NCBI GenBank assembly: GCA_963766715.1
Contig: CAVYBH010000011.1
Location: forward strand, 1-64,000
Length of the DNA: 64,000 bases
Reading direction: 5' to 3'
From: an uncultured delta proteobacterium
Lineage (GTDB): Bacteria > Myxococcota > Myxococcia > Myxococcales > Anaeromyxobacteraceae
Below, piece after piece: positions 9,360 to 22,239 of the stretch; within the stretch, counting starts at the first letter, position 1; each line of letters begins with the position of its first letter. Both the position numbers and the translations under genes were made by a program. A model generated the notes under the pieces. It had not been told where the DNA came from, did no database searches, and saw only the letters and a program-made list of their open reading frames with translations.

Positions 9360-10371
9360 ATGCGACGACTCGCCCTTACCCTGACCCTCCTCGCCCTGTC
9401 CGGTTGCGTGGTCACCACCTCGACGGTGGTTCCCGACGCACCCCCGCCTCCGCCGCAGGTGGTGGAGGTCTGGTACGGCGGGCAGCACGGGGTTCCGGCC
9501 TCCGTGGGAGGCGGCTGGTGCTACTACGACGGCCCGCACGTCCACGACTACTTCCCGGAGCCGCTCGACTGGTACGCCTTCGCCGACGGCTTCTACTTCT
9601 GGCGCGGCCCGGTGACCTACACGTACGTGGGCGGCCACCCCATGCCCGGCGGCGGCTGGTGCTTCATCGACGTGCCCCACCGTCACGACTACGTCCCGCC
9701 CTACGGCGGCGGGTTCACCTGGCGTGGATCGGGCTGGATCTACGGCGGTCCCTACTCGTCCGCGCGTCCGCCGCCGCCCACCTGGTGGAACTACGCGCCG
9801 CCCCGCCCGCCGCCCCCCGGAGCGGTCCGCCCGCCGCCGCCCAGCGCCTACCGGCCTCCTCCGCCGCCCATGCGCAGGCCGGTGCCTCCGCCTCGCCCGG
9901 TCGAGACGCCCCGCCCGCCGGACAAGGGGCAGGGGTCGGGCCACGACCAGGGACCGGACCGCGACCACGACCAGGGACACGGGAAGGGCCCAGGGCAAGG
10001 ACGCGCCTCCGCCTCCGGGCACCAGGCCGCCCTCCCAGCCGGGCCAGCCTCCGGCGCAGCCGCCGGCCCAACCGACCGGAAAGCCTGCGACTTCTCCTGG
10101 CCAGCCGCCGACGACCTCGCCGGCGGCGAAGCCGCCCTTCGACGCGGCCGCCCTCCCAGCCTGGCGCAGCCTGCGCAGCCCGGCACGCCCGCGACCGCCC
10201 GCGACGAAGCCGGGAACCCAGCAGCAGCCTCCGGCGACCGGCAGGCCTCCCGCCCAGCCGGCGGCGAAGCCCGCACCGCCCCCGAAGAAGGACGCCGGCC
10301 AGGACAAGAAGGAATCGAAGCCGCCGCCTCCGAAGGCCCGGGAAAAGGCGGAGCAGAAGCCGGTGGACTGA
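9360..10371 (+). CDS. Lipoprotein with tandem His/Cys repeat and Pro-rich tail (frameshift ~10000)
   Basis: Lipobox LSGC; GAGG SD; tail continues in the frame ending 10371. Confidence 0.7.
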
Positions 10372-10402
10372 TTTTAGAATCAAGGGGTACACTACCGGCC
10401 CC

Positions 10403-12446
10403 ATGAACCCCTGGCTCACCGCGCTCCTGCTCCTGTCGGCGGGCGGATTCTTCGCCTTCACCATGGTCCGCCGGCTGGCGCCTCTCTGGGCCTTCCGCAA
10501 GGACGATCGGCTCGACCATCCGGGCGAGCGGGTGCGCGGGCTGCTGCGCTTCGGCTTCGGCCAGGCGCGGCTCACCTCCCGCGGCGAGGTGTGGCCGGGG
10601 TTCCTGCACGTCCTCATCTTCGCGGCCTTCGTGATCCTGGGGGCGCGGACCATCACCCTCTTCGGCATGGGGTTCTCGCCCCACTTCCACCTGCCGCTGC
10701 TCGGCCGGGGAACGCCGATCGGCGACGCCTACGCCTTCGTGAAGGACGTGATGGTGCTGCTGGCGCTCTTCGCCGCGCTGGCCTTCATCTGGCGGCGGCT
10801 GGTGACGAAGCCCGACCGGGTGACCCGCAGCTGGGAAGGGGTGCTCATCCTCGGGTTCATCGCCGGGCTGATGGTGACCGACATCCTGTTCGAGGGGGCC
10901 GAGCAGCTGGCCGCCCAGGCCCCGTCGAGCTGGGCCACGCCCGCCTCCGCGCTCGGCGCCTGGATGCTGGCCGGCCTGTCGCCCGCGGCGGCCTCGGCCA
11001 TCGGGACGCTCTCCTTCTGGCTCCACCTCGTCATCGTCCTCGTCTTCCTCAACTTCCTCCCGTTCGGGAAGCACTTCCACGTCATCACCGCGTTGCCCGA
11101 CGTCTACGTGCAGCGCCTCCCGCCCCGCGGCGCGCTCCGCAAGCTCGATCTCGAGAGCGAGACCCCCGACTACGGTTCACGATCGGTGAGAGACCTCTCC
11201 TGGAAGGAGGGGCTCGACACCTACTCCTGCACCGAGTGCGGCCGCTGCCAGACCTTCTGCCCCACCTACGTCACCGGCAAGCCGCTCAGCCACAAGGAAG
11301 TGAACCGGACGCTGCGCCACCACATCCAGGACCAGGCGCCGGAGCTGGTCGCCATCGCCCGGGCCCCCGACGCCGCGGCGCGCGACGCGCTCGTGGAGAA
11401 GCTGCCGGCCGTGGTGGGGACGGTGCTGCCGGAGGCCACCGTCTGGGCCTGCACCACCTGCGGCTGGTGCGAGACGGCCTGCCCGGTGCTCATCGAGAAC
11501 GTGCCCCGGCTCGTCGACCTGCGCCGCCACCAGGTGCTCGTCGAGAGCGGCCTTCCCGGAGGAGGCGGCCCGCGTCTTCAAGAACATCGAGACCCAGGGG
11601 AACCCCTGGGGCATCGGCTCGAACCGCCGCGCCGAGTGGTGCGAGGACCTGGCCATCCCGCGGGCGTCGGAGGGCGGCGACTTCGAGTACCTCTTCTTCG
11701 TGGGCTGCGCCGGCGCCTTCGACGACCGGCAGAAGAAGGTCTCCCGCGCCATCGTGAAGATCCTGCGGGCGGCGGGCGTGAAGTTCGCCATCCTGGGCGA
11801 GGAGGAGACCTGCAACGGCGAGACCGCGCGCCGGCTGGGCAACGAGTACCTCTACCAGATGCAGGCCACGGCCAACGTCGAGCTCATGAAGGGCTACGGG
11901 GTGAAGAAGGTGATCGCCCAGTGCCCGCACTGCCTCAACACCATCAAGAACGAGTTCCCCCAGTTCGGCGGGAACTTCGAGGTGGTGCACCACTCCGAGC
12001 TGATCGCGCGGCTGGTGGCCGACGGGCGGCTCTCGCCCGGCACGGCGAAGGCCTACGAGGGGCAGCTCGTCACCTTCCACGACCCCTGCTACCTGGCGCG
12101 CTGGAACGGGGTCACGGACGCGCCGCGCGCCGCGCTCGAGTCGGTGCCCGGGCTGCGCGTGCTGGAGATGGAGCGGAACCGGGAGCAGGGGTTCTGCTGC
12201 GGCGCCGGCGGCGGCCGCATGTGGCTCGAGGAGAAGATCGGCACCCGCATCAACCAGAACCGGGTCGAGGAGGCCTCGCGCACGCTGGGGGACAAGGGCG
12301 GCGTGGTGGCCGTGGGCTGCCCGTTCTGCCTCACCATGCTGCGCGACGGCGTGAACGAGCTGGGGAAGGAAGAGACGGTGCGGGTCGTCGACCTGGCCGA
12401 GATCGTGGCCGACGGGCTCGCCGAGACCGAGAAGGCCGAGGCCTAG
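10403..12446 (+). CDS. FadF/HdrD-like membrane Fe-S oxidoreductase (frameshift ~11550)
   Basis: TM region, CTECGRCQTFCP and CTTCGWCETACP 4Fe-4S motifs, CCG domains (HDPCYLAR, CCGAGGG, GCPFC). Confidence 0.9.
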
Positions 12447-13234
12447 GAGCGCTCGCGCAGGGCCCGCGCGCAGCCCTCCAGCCGCGCGCGGACCTCCTCC
12501 TCCAGGCGGTCGAGGTCGTTCCCGGATCGAGGGTCGGCGCCGACGCAGAGCAGGATGGCGTCCCAGGGGGAGCCCTCCCGTCCCATCGACGCGTAGTCGA
12601 TGAGGCGGGGAACGGGCTCGCCGTCCTCGCCGGCGCGGAAGGCCCCGAAGAGCCCCTCCGACCCGGGCTCGAGCTCCTCCTTCAGCGCGAAGAGCCTTCG
12701 CAGCGCCTCGCGCACGGCGGGACGCTCGAGGTGGCGCCGCTCGAGCCGCGTCCCGGCCAGCCGCCCCACCGCCTCGAGCGCGGCCCGGACGAAGGGCACG
12801 TCGGTCACCACCAGCCCGTAGAGCCAGGCGTCACCACAGGTGAAGTCGACGAGCTCCGCCTCGTCCTCGCCGAGCCAGGAGTGGCTGGGGCAGAGGAAGC
12901 TCTCGCAGATGGCGGCGTCGTAGACCCCCTGGTCGCGCAGGTCCACCCCTCCGGTGCTGGCCGGGTGGGCCAGGCAGCCGATCCGGGTGCGCCCCTCGTC
13001 GAGCCAGCCGAGGAGCGGGCACACCCGCACCGAGGGAAAGACCGGCGGGGGCTCGGTGGCGCCGATGCGGGCGGCGGCGGCGCGGAAGGCCTCGGGGGTC
13101 CGGGGCACCGGGGCGAGCGCGTCGGTCCGGGCGTCGAGCCGCTCGCGGATGGCCGCCTCCCCGTGGTCCTCCCGGTTGTAGAGGCCACAGCAGGCGCCGC
13201 AGCTCGAGGCGGCCCGCTGGCAGAGCGGCTTCAG
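12443..13234 (-). CDS. Cys-rich hypothetical protein (possible Fe-S/Zn binding)
   Basis: Open frame extends upstream of 13108 to LCQRAASSCGACCGLYN; also CPLLG, GCLAHP, CESFLCP; start uncertain (CTG 13234). Confidence 0.7.
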   Translation of the reverse strand: MKPLCQRAASSCGACCGLYNREDHGEAAIRERLDARTDALAPVPRTPEAFRAAAARIGATEPPPVFPSVRVCPLLGWLDEGRTRIGCLAHPASTGGVDLRDQGVYDAAICESFLCPSHSWLGEDEAELVDFTCGDAWLYGLVVTDVPFVRAALEAVGRLAGTRLERRHLERPAVREALRRLFALKEELEPGSEGLFGAFRAGEDGEPVPRLIDYASMGREGSPWDAILLCVGADPRSGNDLDRLEEEVRARLEGCARALRERS

Positions 13235-13761
13235 GCGCGGCCGATGGCCGAGCGGCAGGGCGTGCAGAGCCCTTCGCCCTTGCGGTCGGAGTCCGCCGGC
13301 GTGTGCGACAGGAACATCGCGCAGCGGAAGTCGTTGCAGTGGGAGAGGCCGAGCAGGTGCCCCATGGCGTGCACCGCCTCCACCCGGGAACGGTGGGCGA
13401 AGCGCTCCGGGGTCACGGGCCGCCCGTCGGATCCCTTGAGGCGGAAGACGGAGACGAGCGCGGTGCGCGCCTCCCGGTCGGCCTCCCCGAAGACGAAGGG
13501 CATGTCCGGCACGAAGAGGTCGACGTCCACCACGCCCAGCACCGGCTCGTCCCGCCCCTTCGGCCGCACCGTGTCGAGCCGGCGCAGCACGGCGGTCGAG
13601 TGGTACTGGTGCCGATCCTTGTTGAAGGCGAAGTCGGGCTTCACGAGCGGGAGGCCCAGCTCGGACGGGGCGCCGAAGACCTCCTGCAGCGCCGCGGTCA
13701 GCTCGGGGAGCAGCCCCTTCGGGACCGGGCCGATGGGCACGAGGAGGAAGCGCTCCGGCAT
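13231..13761 (-). CDS. Archaemetzincin-like protein lacking the catalytic Glu
   Basis: RHQYHS, DLFVPDMPFVFGEA, HAMGHLLGLSHC, CAM Met-turn, LCTPC. Confidence 0.85.
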   Translation of the reverse strand: MPERFLLVPIGPVPKGLLPELTAALQEVFGAPSELGLPLVKPDFAFNKDRHQYHSTAVLRRLDTVRPKGRDEPVLGVVDVDLFVPDMPFVFGEADREARTALVSVFRLKGSDGRPVTPERFAHRSRVEAVHAMGHLLGLSHCNDFRCAMFLSHTPADSDRKGEGLCTPCRSAIGRA

Positions 13762-13811
13762 GGGGAGCGACTTCACCTCGGCGCGCTGGTTGGTCGCGCG
13801 GGCGGGTGGCC

Positions 13812-13885
13812 TGGCTGAGGCGGAAGGATTCGAACCTTCATACGCGGATCCAAAGTCCGCAGTCCTGCCGTTGGACGACGCCTCA
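13812..13885 (-). tRNA. tRNA-Gln (TTG)
   Basis: TGAGGCGTCGTCCAACGGCAGGACTGCGGACTTTGGATCCGCGTATGAAGGTTCGAATCCTTCCGCCTCAGCCA. Confidence 0.96.
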
Positions 13886-13901
13886 AGATCCTTTCGCGAC
13901 A

Positions 13902-14897
13902 TCACCACCTCGCCAGGGCCGCGGCCCAGGTGAAGCCGGCGCCGAAGGCGGCCAGCGCGACGAGGTCGCCCCGCTTCACGCCCCGGGCCGGGATCGCCTC
14001 CGACAGGGCGAGGGGGATGCTGGCCGCGGTGGTGTTCCCGTACTTCATGATGTTGTTGAAGACCTGGTCGTCGCGCAGGCCGAGCGACTTCTGCACCGTC
14101 TCGGCGATGCGGAGGTTGGCCTGGTGGGGCACGAACACCTTGATGTCCTCGGTGGTGAGGCCGACCTTGCCGAGCACGTTGCGGACCGTCTCGGGCATGC
14201 GGACGATGGCGTGCTTGAAGACCTTCTGCCCCTCCATCCTGGGGAAGCCGCTCCCGTCGTCGACCATCGCGTGGTTGTTGCGCGGGTTGTAGATGGAGCC
14301 CGGCGCGTCGGTCCACAGGTCCTTGGCGTAGCGGCCGTCGGCGTGGAGCTCGATGGCGAGCACGCCGCGGTCCGGGTCGTCGGTGGCCTCGAGGAGCGCG
14401 GCCGCCGCCCCGTCGCCGAAGATCACGCTCACGTCGCGGCCGCGGGTGGAGATGTCGAGGCCGGTGGAGTGGGTCTCCGACCCGACGAGCAGGATCTTCT
14501 TGTAGGTCCCGGTGCGGATCCAGGCGTCGGCGACCGAGAGGCCGTACAGGAAGCCGGAGCACTGGTTGCGGACGTCGAGGGCGGGCACGCCCGGGATGCC
14601 CAGCTTGGCGTTCAGGAAGCAGCCGTCGCCCGGGAACATGTGGTCGGGCGAGAGGCTCGCGAAGATGATGGCCTCGATGTCGCTCGCCTGCCAGCCGGCC
14701 TGCTCGAGCGCGCGCTGGCTGGCCCGGAAGGCCATCTCGGCGCTGCCCATCCCCGGCTCGACCCAGTGGCGCTCCTTGATGCCGGTGCGCTGGGTGATCC
14801 ACTCGTCGGTGGTGTCCATGTACCGCGTCAGCTCTTCGTTGGTGACGACGCGATCGGGAACGTAGGTCCCGATGGTGACGAATGCGGCTCGAGGCAT
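13902..14897 (-). CDS. fabH: Beta-ketoacyl-ACP synthase III family
   Basis: WITQRTGIKER, NQCSGF (Cys), PHQAN (His), YGNTTAAS (Asn). Confidence 0.9.
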   Translation of the reverse strand: MPRAAFVTIGTYVPDRVVTNEELTRYMDTTDEWITQRTGIKERHWVEPGMGSAEMAFRASQRALEQAGWQASDIEAIIFASLSPDHMFPGDGCFLNAKLGIPGVPALDVRNQCSGFLYGLSVADAWIRTGTYKKILLVGSETHSTGLDISTRGRDVSVIFGDGAAAALLEATDDPDRGVLAIELHADGRYAKDLWTDAPGSIYNPRNNHAMVDDGSGFPRMEGQKVFKHAIVRMPETVRNVLGKVGLTTEDIKVFVPHQANLRIAETVQKSLGLRDDQVFNNIMKYGNTTAASIPLALSEAIPARGVKRGDLVALAAFGAGFTWAAALARW

Positions 14898-14915
14898 GCT
14901 CTCTCCTCCCTGCGG

Positions 14916-15713
14916 TCACTGCCCGCCGAACGGACGTTCGGCGATGAGACGGAAGCCCTGCTCGGACGGCGTGACGGCCCCCTGGAACGGATGGTCGAGC
15001 GCGACGGTGACGAATACCACGAGCCCCACGAAGGCGGCCATGATGGCCACCAGCGTGAGGTGGAGGGTCTGGTCGTCCACCGTCACGAAGAAGCGTGGCC
15101 CCCGCCAGCGCCAGCGCGGCGCCCACGAGCAGCACCAGCCAGACCACGGTCGGAAGGCGCGTACGCGGTGGCGTGGATGCGCGCACGGCGGGCCTCGGAG
15201 GCCGCGGTGAGCTCGCGGAGCGTCTCGGCGTGGACCATCTGGTCGGGCAGGTTCTTCGGCTCGAAGTCGCCGAGGAGCAGGTTCAGCCGGCTGAAATGCG
15301 CCTTGGCCGCCGAAGGGTGCCGCCCGACGCGCTGCTCGGGCCACTCCTTGTCGGCCACCGCGCGGGCGTACTCGCGGATGATGGTGTCCAGCTCGGTTCG
15401 CGTGGGCTCCGGGTAGAGCGCCGCCCGCCGCTGGAGGACCTCGATGGTGGCGACCTCGTGGGAGACCTTGTCGCCGACGCGGCCTGGTACTCGCTCCATC
15501 CGCCGACGGCCACGAGGCTGAGGATGAGGGAGTAGACGAGCCAGATCTGGGTGCCGAAGTAGGCGGCCTGCTCGGGGCTCTTGCCGGAAGCGGGCGGTGA
15601 CCCGCGCCCGGAATGGGCGCGACCAGGACCATGCCCGCCAGCGTCCCCCCGACGAAGCCGCCGACCACGATGAGGAAGAGCCAGGGGAGCGGCAACCGGA
15701 AGAACCAGCCCAT
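14916..15713 (-). CDS. DUF4239-like membrane protein (several frameshifts)
   Basis: Fragments MGWFFRLP..., IYSLILSLVAV, REYARAVADKEWP, VALDHPFQGAV spread over different frames. Confidence 0.6.
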   Translation of the reverse strand: MGWFFRLPLPWLFLIVVGGFVGGTLAGMVLVAPIPGAGHRPLPARAPSRPPTSAPRSGSSTPSSSASWPSADGASTRPRRRQGLPRGRHHRGPPAAGGALPGAHANRAGHHHPRVRPRGGRQGVARAARRAAPFGGQGAFQPAEPAPRRLRAEEPARPDGPRRDAPRAHRGLRGPPCAHPRHRVRAFRPWSGWCCSWAPRWRWRGPRFFVTVDDQTLHLTLVAIMAAFVGLVVFVTVALDHPFQGAVTPSEQGFRLIAERPFGGQ

Positions 15714-15748
15714 CGCGACGCCCTCCGCCCCCTCGCCGGGGCCCCGGC

Positions 15749-18271
<2,523 letters not shown>

Positions 18272-18314
18272 CTATAACAGACCGACCCGGGTGCGGCAAC
18301 CCGGAATTCGGTCC

Positions 18315-19451
18315 TCAACCCCCGGGAACGACAGGGGAAGTTTCGCGCTCGAATGCGCCGTCCCGGACCCCGTAGAACACGGCGCCCGCGCCGGCGGCTG
18401 GCTCGAGCAGGCGACGGTCGGTGGTGGTGAGGAAGGCCTGTCCGGGAAGCGCCGCCAGGTGGCGCAGGAGGTGTCCGTTCTTCTCCGGGTCGAGCTCGGA
18501 CGACACGTCGTCGAGCAGGAGGAGCGGGGGGCGGCCGAGCCGGTCGCGCAGGTTCTCGATCTCCGCGATCTTGAGGGCGAGCACCAGCGCGCGCTGCTGT
18601 CCCTGGCTGCCGTAGGAGCGGGCGCCCTTTCCTCCCAGTGCGAGGGTGAGATCGTCCATGTGCGGGCCCGCGGAGGTGAAGCCCTTCTCGCGATCCCGGC
18701 CGAGCCGGGCTCGCAGCGCCTCCGCCAGCGCCTGGGCGATGCGTTCCTCCGTCCCGGTCGCGGGGACGCCCGCAGCCGGCCGGTAGGCGAGGCGGGCCTC
18801 GAGGGCGTCGGGCCCGGAGATCTGGGCGAAGGCCTCCACCATGCGCGGCGCGAGCTCGGCGAGGAGCGCGTGCCGGCGCGCCACCAGCCGGGCCCCGGCG
18901 CGAACGAGCGGCTCCCGGAAGCTCTCCTCGACCTCGGGCTCCGACCGCCGGAGCGCCGCGTTCCGCTCGCGCAGGGCGCGGAGGTAGTCGCGGGCCTCGG
19001 TGAGCACCGCCGGCCACCGGTTGAAGGCGGCGCGGTCGAGGAAGCGGCGACGCTGATCCGGACCGCCCTTCACGAGGAGGAGGTCGTCGGGGGAGAAGCA
19101 GACCGCGGCCCGGCCCTCGAAGAACGCGTCGAGCCGCTCGGCCGAGGCGATCGGCTTGCCGTCGAGGAAGGCGGTGCGCCCCTCCGGCCCGATCTCCACC
19201 GCCACGCTCCGCACGCCGCCGGGCCCCTCGAAGTCGCCCTGGACGCGCGCCCGCTCCGCCCCGAAGCGGACCAGCTCCGCCAGGCGGTTCGCCCGCAGCG
19301 GCTTGAGGGTGCAGAGGAGGAAGAGCCCCTCGAGCAGGTTCGTCTTCCCCTGCCCGTTCGGGCCGACGAGCACGGTCGCCCGCGGCGACGGCTCGAGCCG
19401 GGCCTCGCGGACGTTCCGGAAGTCGCGGAGCGAGAGGGAGAGGAGCCGCAC
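18315..19451 (-). CDS. recF: DNA replication/repair protein RecF
   Basis: GPNGQGKTN, GPHMDD, SQGQQR, LLDDVSSELD. Confidence 0.96.
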   Translation of the reverse strand: MRLLSLSLRDFRNVREARLEPSPRATVLVGPNGQGKTNLLEGLFLLCTLKPLRANRLAELVRFGAERARVQGDFEGPGGVRSVAVEIGPEGRTAFLDGKPIASAERLDAFFEGRAAVCFSPDDLLLVKGGPDQRRRFLDRAAFNRWPAVLTEARDYLRALRERNAALRRSEPEVEESFREPLVRAGARLVARRHALLAELAPRMVEAFAQISGPDALEARLAYRPAAGVPATGTEERIAQALAEALRARLGRDREKGFTSAGPHMDDLTLALGGKGARSYGSQGQQRALVLALKIAEIENLRDRLGRPPLLLLDDVSSELDPEKNGHLLRHLAALPGQAFLTTTDRRLLEPAAGAGAVFYGVRDGAFERETSPVVPGG

Positions 19452-19487
19452 GTCGTCCGGGCTGCCGTCGACGGGACGGCGCCCGCC

Positions 19488-20624
19488 TCAGATCCGCATC
19501 GGCATGATCACCGCGGTGAAGTGCTCGCCCGCCTCGCCGGCCGGCCGGACCACGCCGGGCGAGAGGTCGTCGGCCAGCTCGAGCCGCACGTCGGCGTCGC
19601 CGAGGACGCCGAGGACGTCGATGAGGTACTTCGCGTTGAAGCCGATCTTGAGGGGCTCACCGTCGTACTCGACCGGCACGTCCTCGCGGGCCTCGCCGAG
19701 GTCCGGGTTCTGGGCGGCGATGCGCAGGTTGCCCTTCGCGAGCTCGAGCTTCACCGCGTTCGACTTCTCGGAGGAGAGGAGGGAGACGCGGCGGAGCGTC
19801 TGGAGGAGCCGCTCCCGGCCCGCGGAGGCCACCTTCTCGCCGGCCTTGGGGATGACCTGGCGGTAGTCGGGGAAGGAGCCCTCGATGAGGCGCATCACCA
19901 GCACGACGCCCGGACGGCGGAAGACGGCCGAGTTGTCGGCGAAGCCCAGCTCCCCCTTCGGCTTCTCCTCCGCGCCCTCCACGGCCTCGGAGAGCAGCTT
20001 GCGGAGCTCGCTGATGCCCTTGCGGGGGAGGATGACCCCCTTCTTCAGCTTGAAGTCTCCCTCGACGGCCGCGTCGGCCATGGAGAGCCGGTGTCCGTCG
20101 GTGGCGACCAGCCGCATCGAGCCCGCGACCGGCTCGAAGTAGACGCCGTTCAGGTTGTAGCGGGTCTCGTCGGTGGAGGCGGCGAAGGCCGTCTTCCCCA
20201 CCAGGTCGAGGACGGTGTCGGGGTTCACGACCACGAAGGGGACCTTCTCGAACTTCGGCAGCGCCGGGAAGTCCTCGGCCGGCAGCCCCACCAGGCGGAA
20301 CTCGGCCTGGCCCGCCTTCACCTCGAGGTGGTTGTTGGGCGTCTTCTTCAGCGAGACCATCCCCTCGCCGGCCAGGGACTTCACGATGTCGAAGAGGTGG
20401 CGGGCCGACACGGCCAGGCCGCCCTCCTTCAGCACCTCGGCCTTGTGCACGCCGGAGACGGAGACGTCGAGGTCGGTGGCGGAGACGGCGAGCTCACCCT
20501 CCTCGGACTTCCTGGCCTCGAGCAGCACGTGGGAGAGGATGGGCATCGTGCTCTTCTTCTCGACGATGCCCTGCGAGCGGGCGAGCGCGCGGGTCAGCTC
20601 CTGGACGCCAATCTTCAGTTCCAT
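19488..20624 (-). CDS. dnaN: DNA polymerase III beta clamp
   Basis: SATDL, VATDGHRL, FPDYRQVIP, IMPMRI. Confidence 0.97.
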   Translation of the reverse strand: MELKIGVQELTRALARSQGIVEKKSTMPILSHVLLEARKSEEGELAVSATDLDVSVSGVHKAEVLKEGGLAVSARHLFDIVKSLAGEGMVSLKKTPNNHLEVKAGQAEFRLVGLPAEDFPALPKFEKVPFVVVNPDTVLDLVGKTAFAASTDETRYNLNGVYFEPVAGSMRLVATDGHRLSMADAAVEGDFKLKKGVILPRKGISELRKLLSEAVEGAEEKPKGELGFADNSAVFRRPGVVLVMRLIEGSFPDYRQVIPKAGEKVASAGRERLLQTLRRVSLLSSEKSNAVKLELAKGNLRIAAQNPDLGEAREDVPVEYDGEPLKIGFNAKYLIDVLGVLGDADVRLELADDLSPGVVRPAGEAGEHFTAVIMPMRI

Positions 20625-20855
20625 GGGATGGGAATCCTATCTTTCTTTCAGATCCGTCGCGATCGTAGAGAGGCGATCGATGTGGAGAAGTGGGCCGGGA
20701 CTGCGCAACGACTCGGGAAACCGATCTGGGAAACCCTCTGGACGGACGAGCTGGCGCGGCGTGGACGATTCGGGGCGATCAGGAAGGGTCTCTCGTCCAC
20801 GCCCAGGCCGCAACGGATCCGAGGGGGGATCCCCACGTGATCCACACGACCACCG
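20625..20855. other. oriC: Probable oriC (dnaA-dnaN intergenic)
   Basis: DnaA-box-like TTCTCCACA (rc 20681-20689), TGATCCACA (20838-20846), TCGTCCACG (20793-20801 and rc 20760-20768); short AT-rich run near dnaN; coding-strand bias flips around this locus. Confidence 0.65.
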
Positions 20856-22239
20856 CTACGAGGTGACGCCCTGGCGGAGCGTCTCCACCGCCTGCCGGAC
20901 CTCGAGATCGGTCATGGAGAGCTCGTTCACGCGCTCGATGGCCGAGATGACGGTGGTGTGGTCCTTCTTGTTGAACTTCTCCGCGATGGTCTGGAGCGTC
21001 TCCTTGGCCAGCTCGCGGCAGAGGAACATGGCGACCTGGCGCGGCAGGGCGATCTTCTGCTCGCGCGAGGGGCTCGTCAGGCGGGCCACCGTGATGCCGT
21101 AGTGGGCCGCCACGGCCTCCTGGATGCGCTCGATGGAGGGACGGTAGCCGGGCGGCGGGATGACGTCGGAGAGGACGTCGCGGGCCAGCGCCACGGAGAT
21201 GGGCTCGCCCTTGAGGGAGGCGAAGGCCGCCAGGCGCATGAGGGCGCCCTCCAGCTCGCGGACGTTCGACTTGATGTGGGTGGCGAGCAGCGAGGCCACG
21301 TCGTCGGACAGGTCGATCCGCTCGGCCAGCGCCTTCTTCTTGAGGATGGCGGCCCGGGTCTCGAACTCCGGGGTGTCGATGTGCACCCGCATGCCCCACT
21401 CGAACCGGGAGCAGAGCCGCTCCTCCAGCCCCTTCAGCTCCTTGGGGCTGCGATCGCTGGAGAGGACGATCTGCACGTTCTGCTCGTACAGGGTGTTGAA
21501 GGTGTGGAAGAACTCCTCCGCCGTCTTGTCGCGCCCGGCGAAGAACTGCACGTCGTCCACCAGCAGGGCGCCGCATTCCCGGTACTTGCGCCGGAAGTCG
21601 GCCATGGTGTTGCGGGAGAGCGCGTCGACGAAGTCGTTGGTGTAGCGCTCGGAGGTCACGATGGCGACCCGCGCCCCCGGGGTGGCCTCGCGGATGGAGT
21701 TCGCGATGGCGTGGAGCAGGTGGGTCTTGCCGAGCCCCGAGTCCCCGTGGAGGAAGAGCGGGTTCCAGGCCCGGCCCGGGGTCTTCGCCACCGCCTGGGC
21801 GGCGGCCACGGCGAAGCGGTTCGACTCGCCCACCACGAAGGTGTCGAAGAGGTAGCGGGGGTTCGGGCGGGTCTCGCCGGGGCCGGGCTGGTAGGCCTCG
21901 GGGGGCGCGCTCGCCTCGGCGGCCGCCACGCGGGCCTGGCGAGGGGCGGTGTCGACGACGAACTGGGTGCGGACCGGCGCGCCCACCAGGCCCGGGACGA
22001 ACTCGTCGAACCAGTCGCGGTAGTTGTCGTCCACGAAGTCGCGGTGGAAGGCGTCGGGCGCGCCGACCTGGAGCCGGTCGCCGTCGAGCCCGATGGCCCG
22101 GAGCGGCGCGAACCAGCGTCGGTACAGGTCGTCCCGCAGCCGGCCCGCGCAGGTACTCGTCGATACGGCGCCACTGCTCGGGCGCCGGGCCGTCGGCCCC
22201 GCTCGACTCCACCTGCGACGCACGCACGCCAGTTGCCAT
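20856..22239 (-). CDS. dnaA: Chromosomal replication initiator DnaA (frameshift ~22143)
   Basis: FDTFVVGESN, GDSGLGKTH, DDVQF, SRFEWG, NVRELEGAL, KDHTTV. Confidence 0.97.

Noticed and set aside
9404..13933. 1509-aa ORF
   Set aside because: Only the ~10403-11550 portion is real (FadF-like N-terminus); the rest is off-frame read-through
13231..15186. 651-aa ORF spanning fabH, tRNA-Gln and the archaemetzincin-like gene
   Set aside because: Alternative-frame read-through; only the last ~176 codons are protein-like
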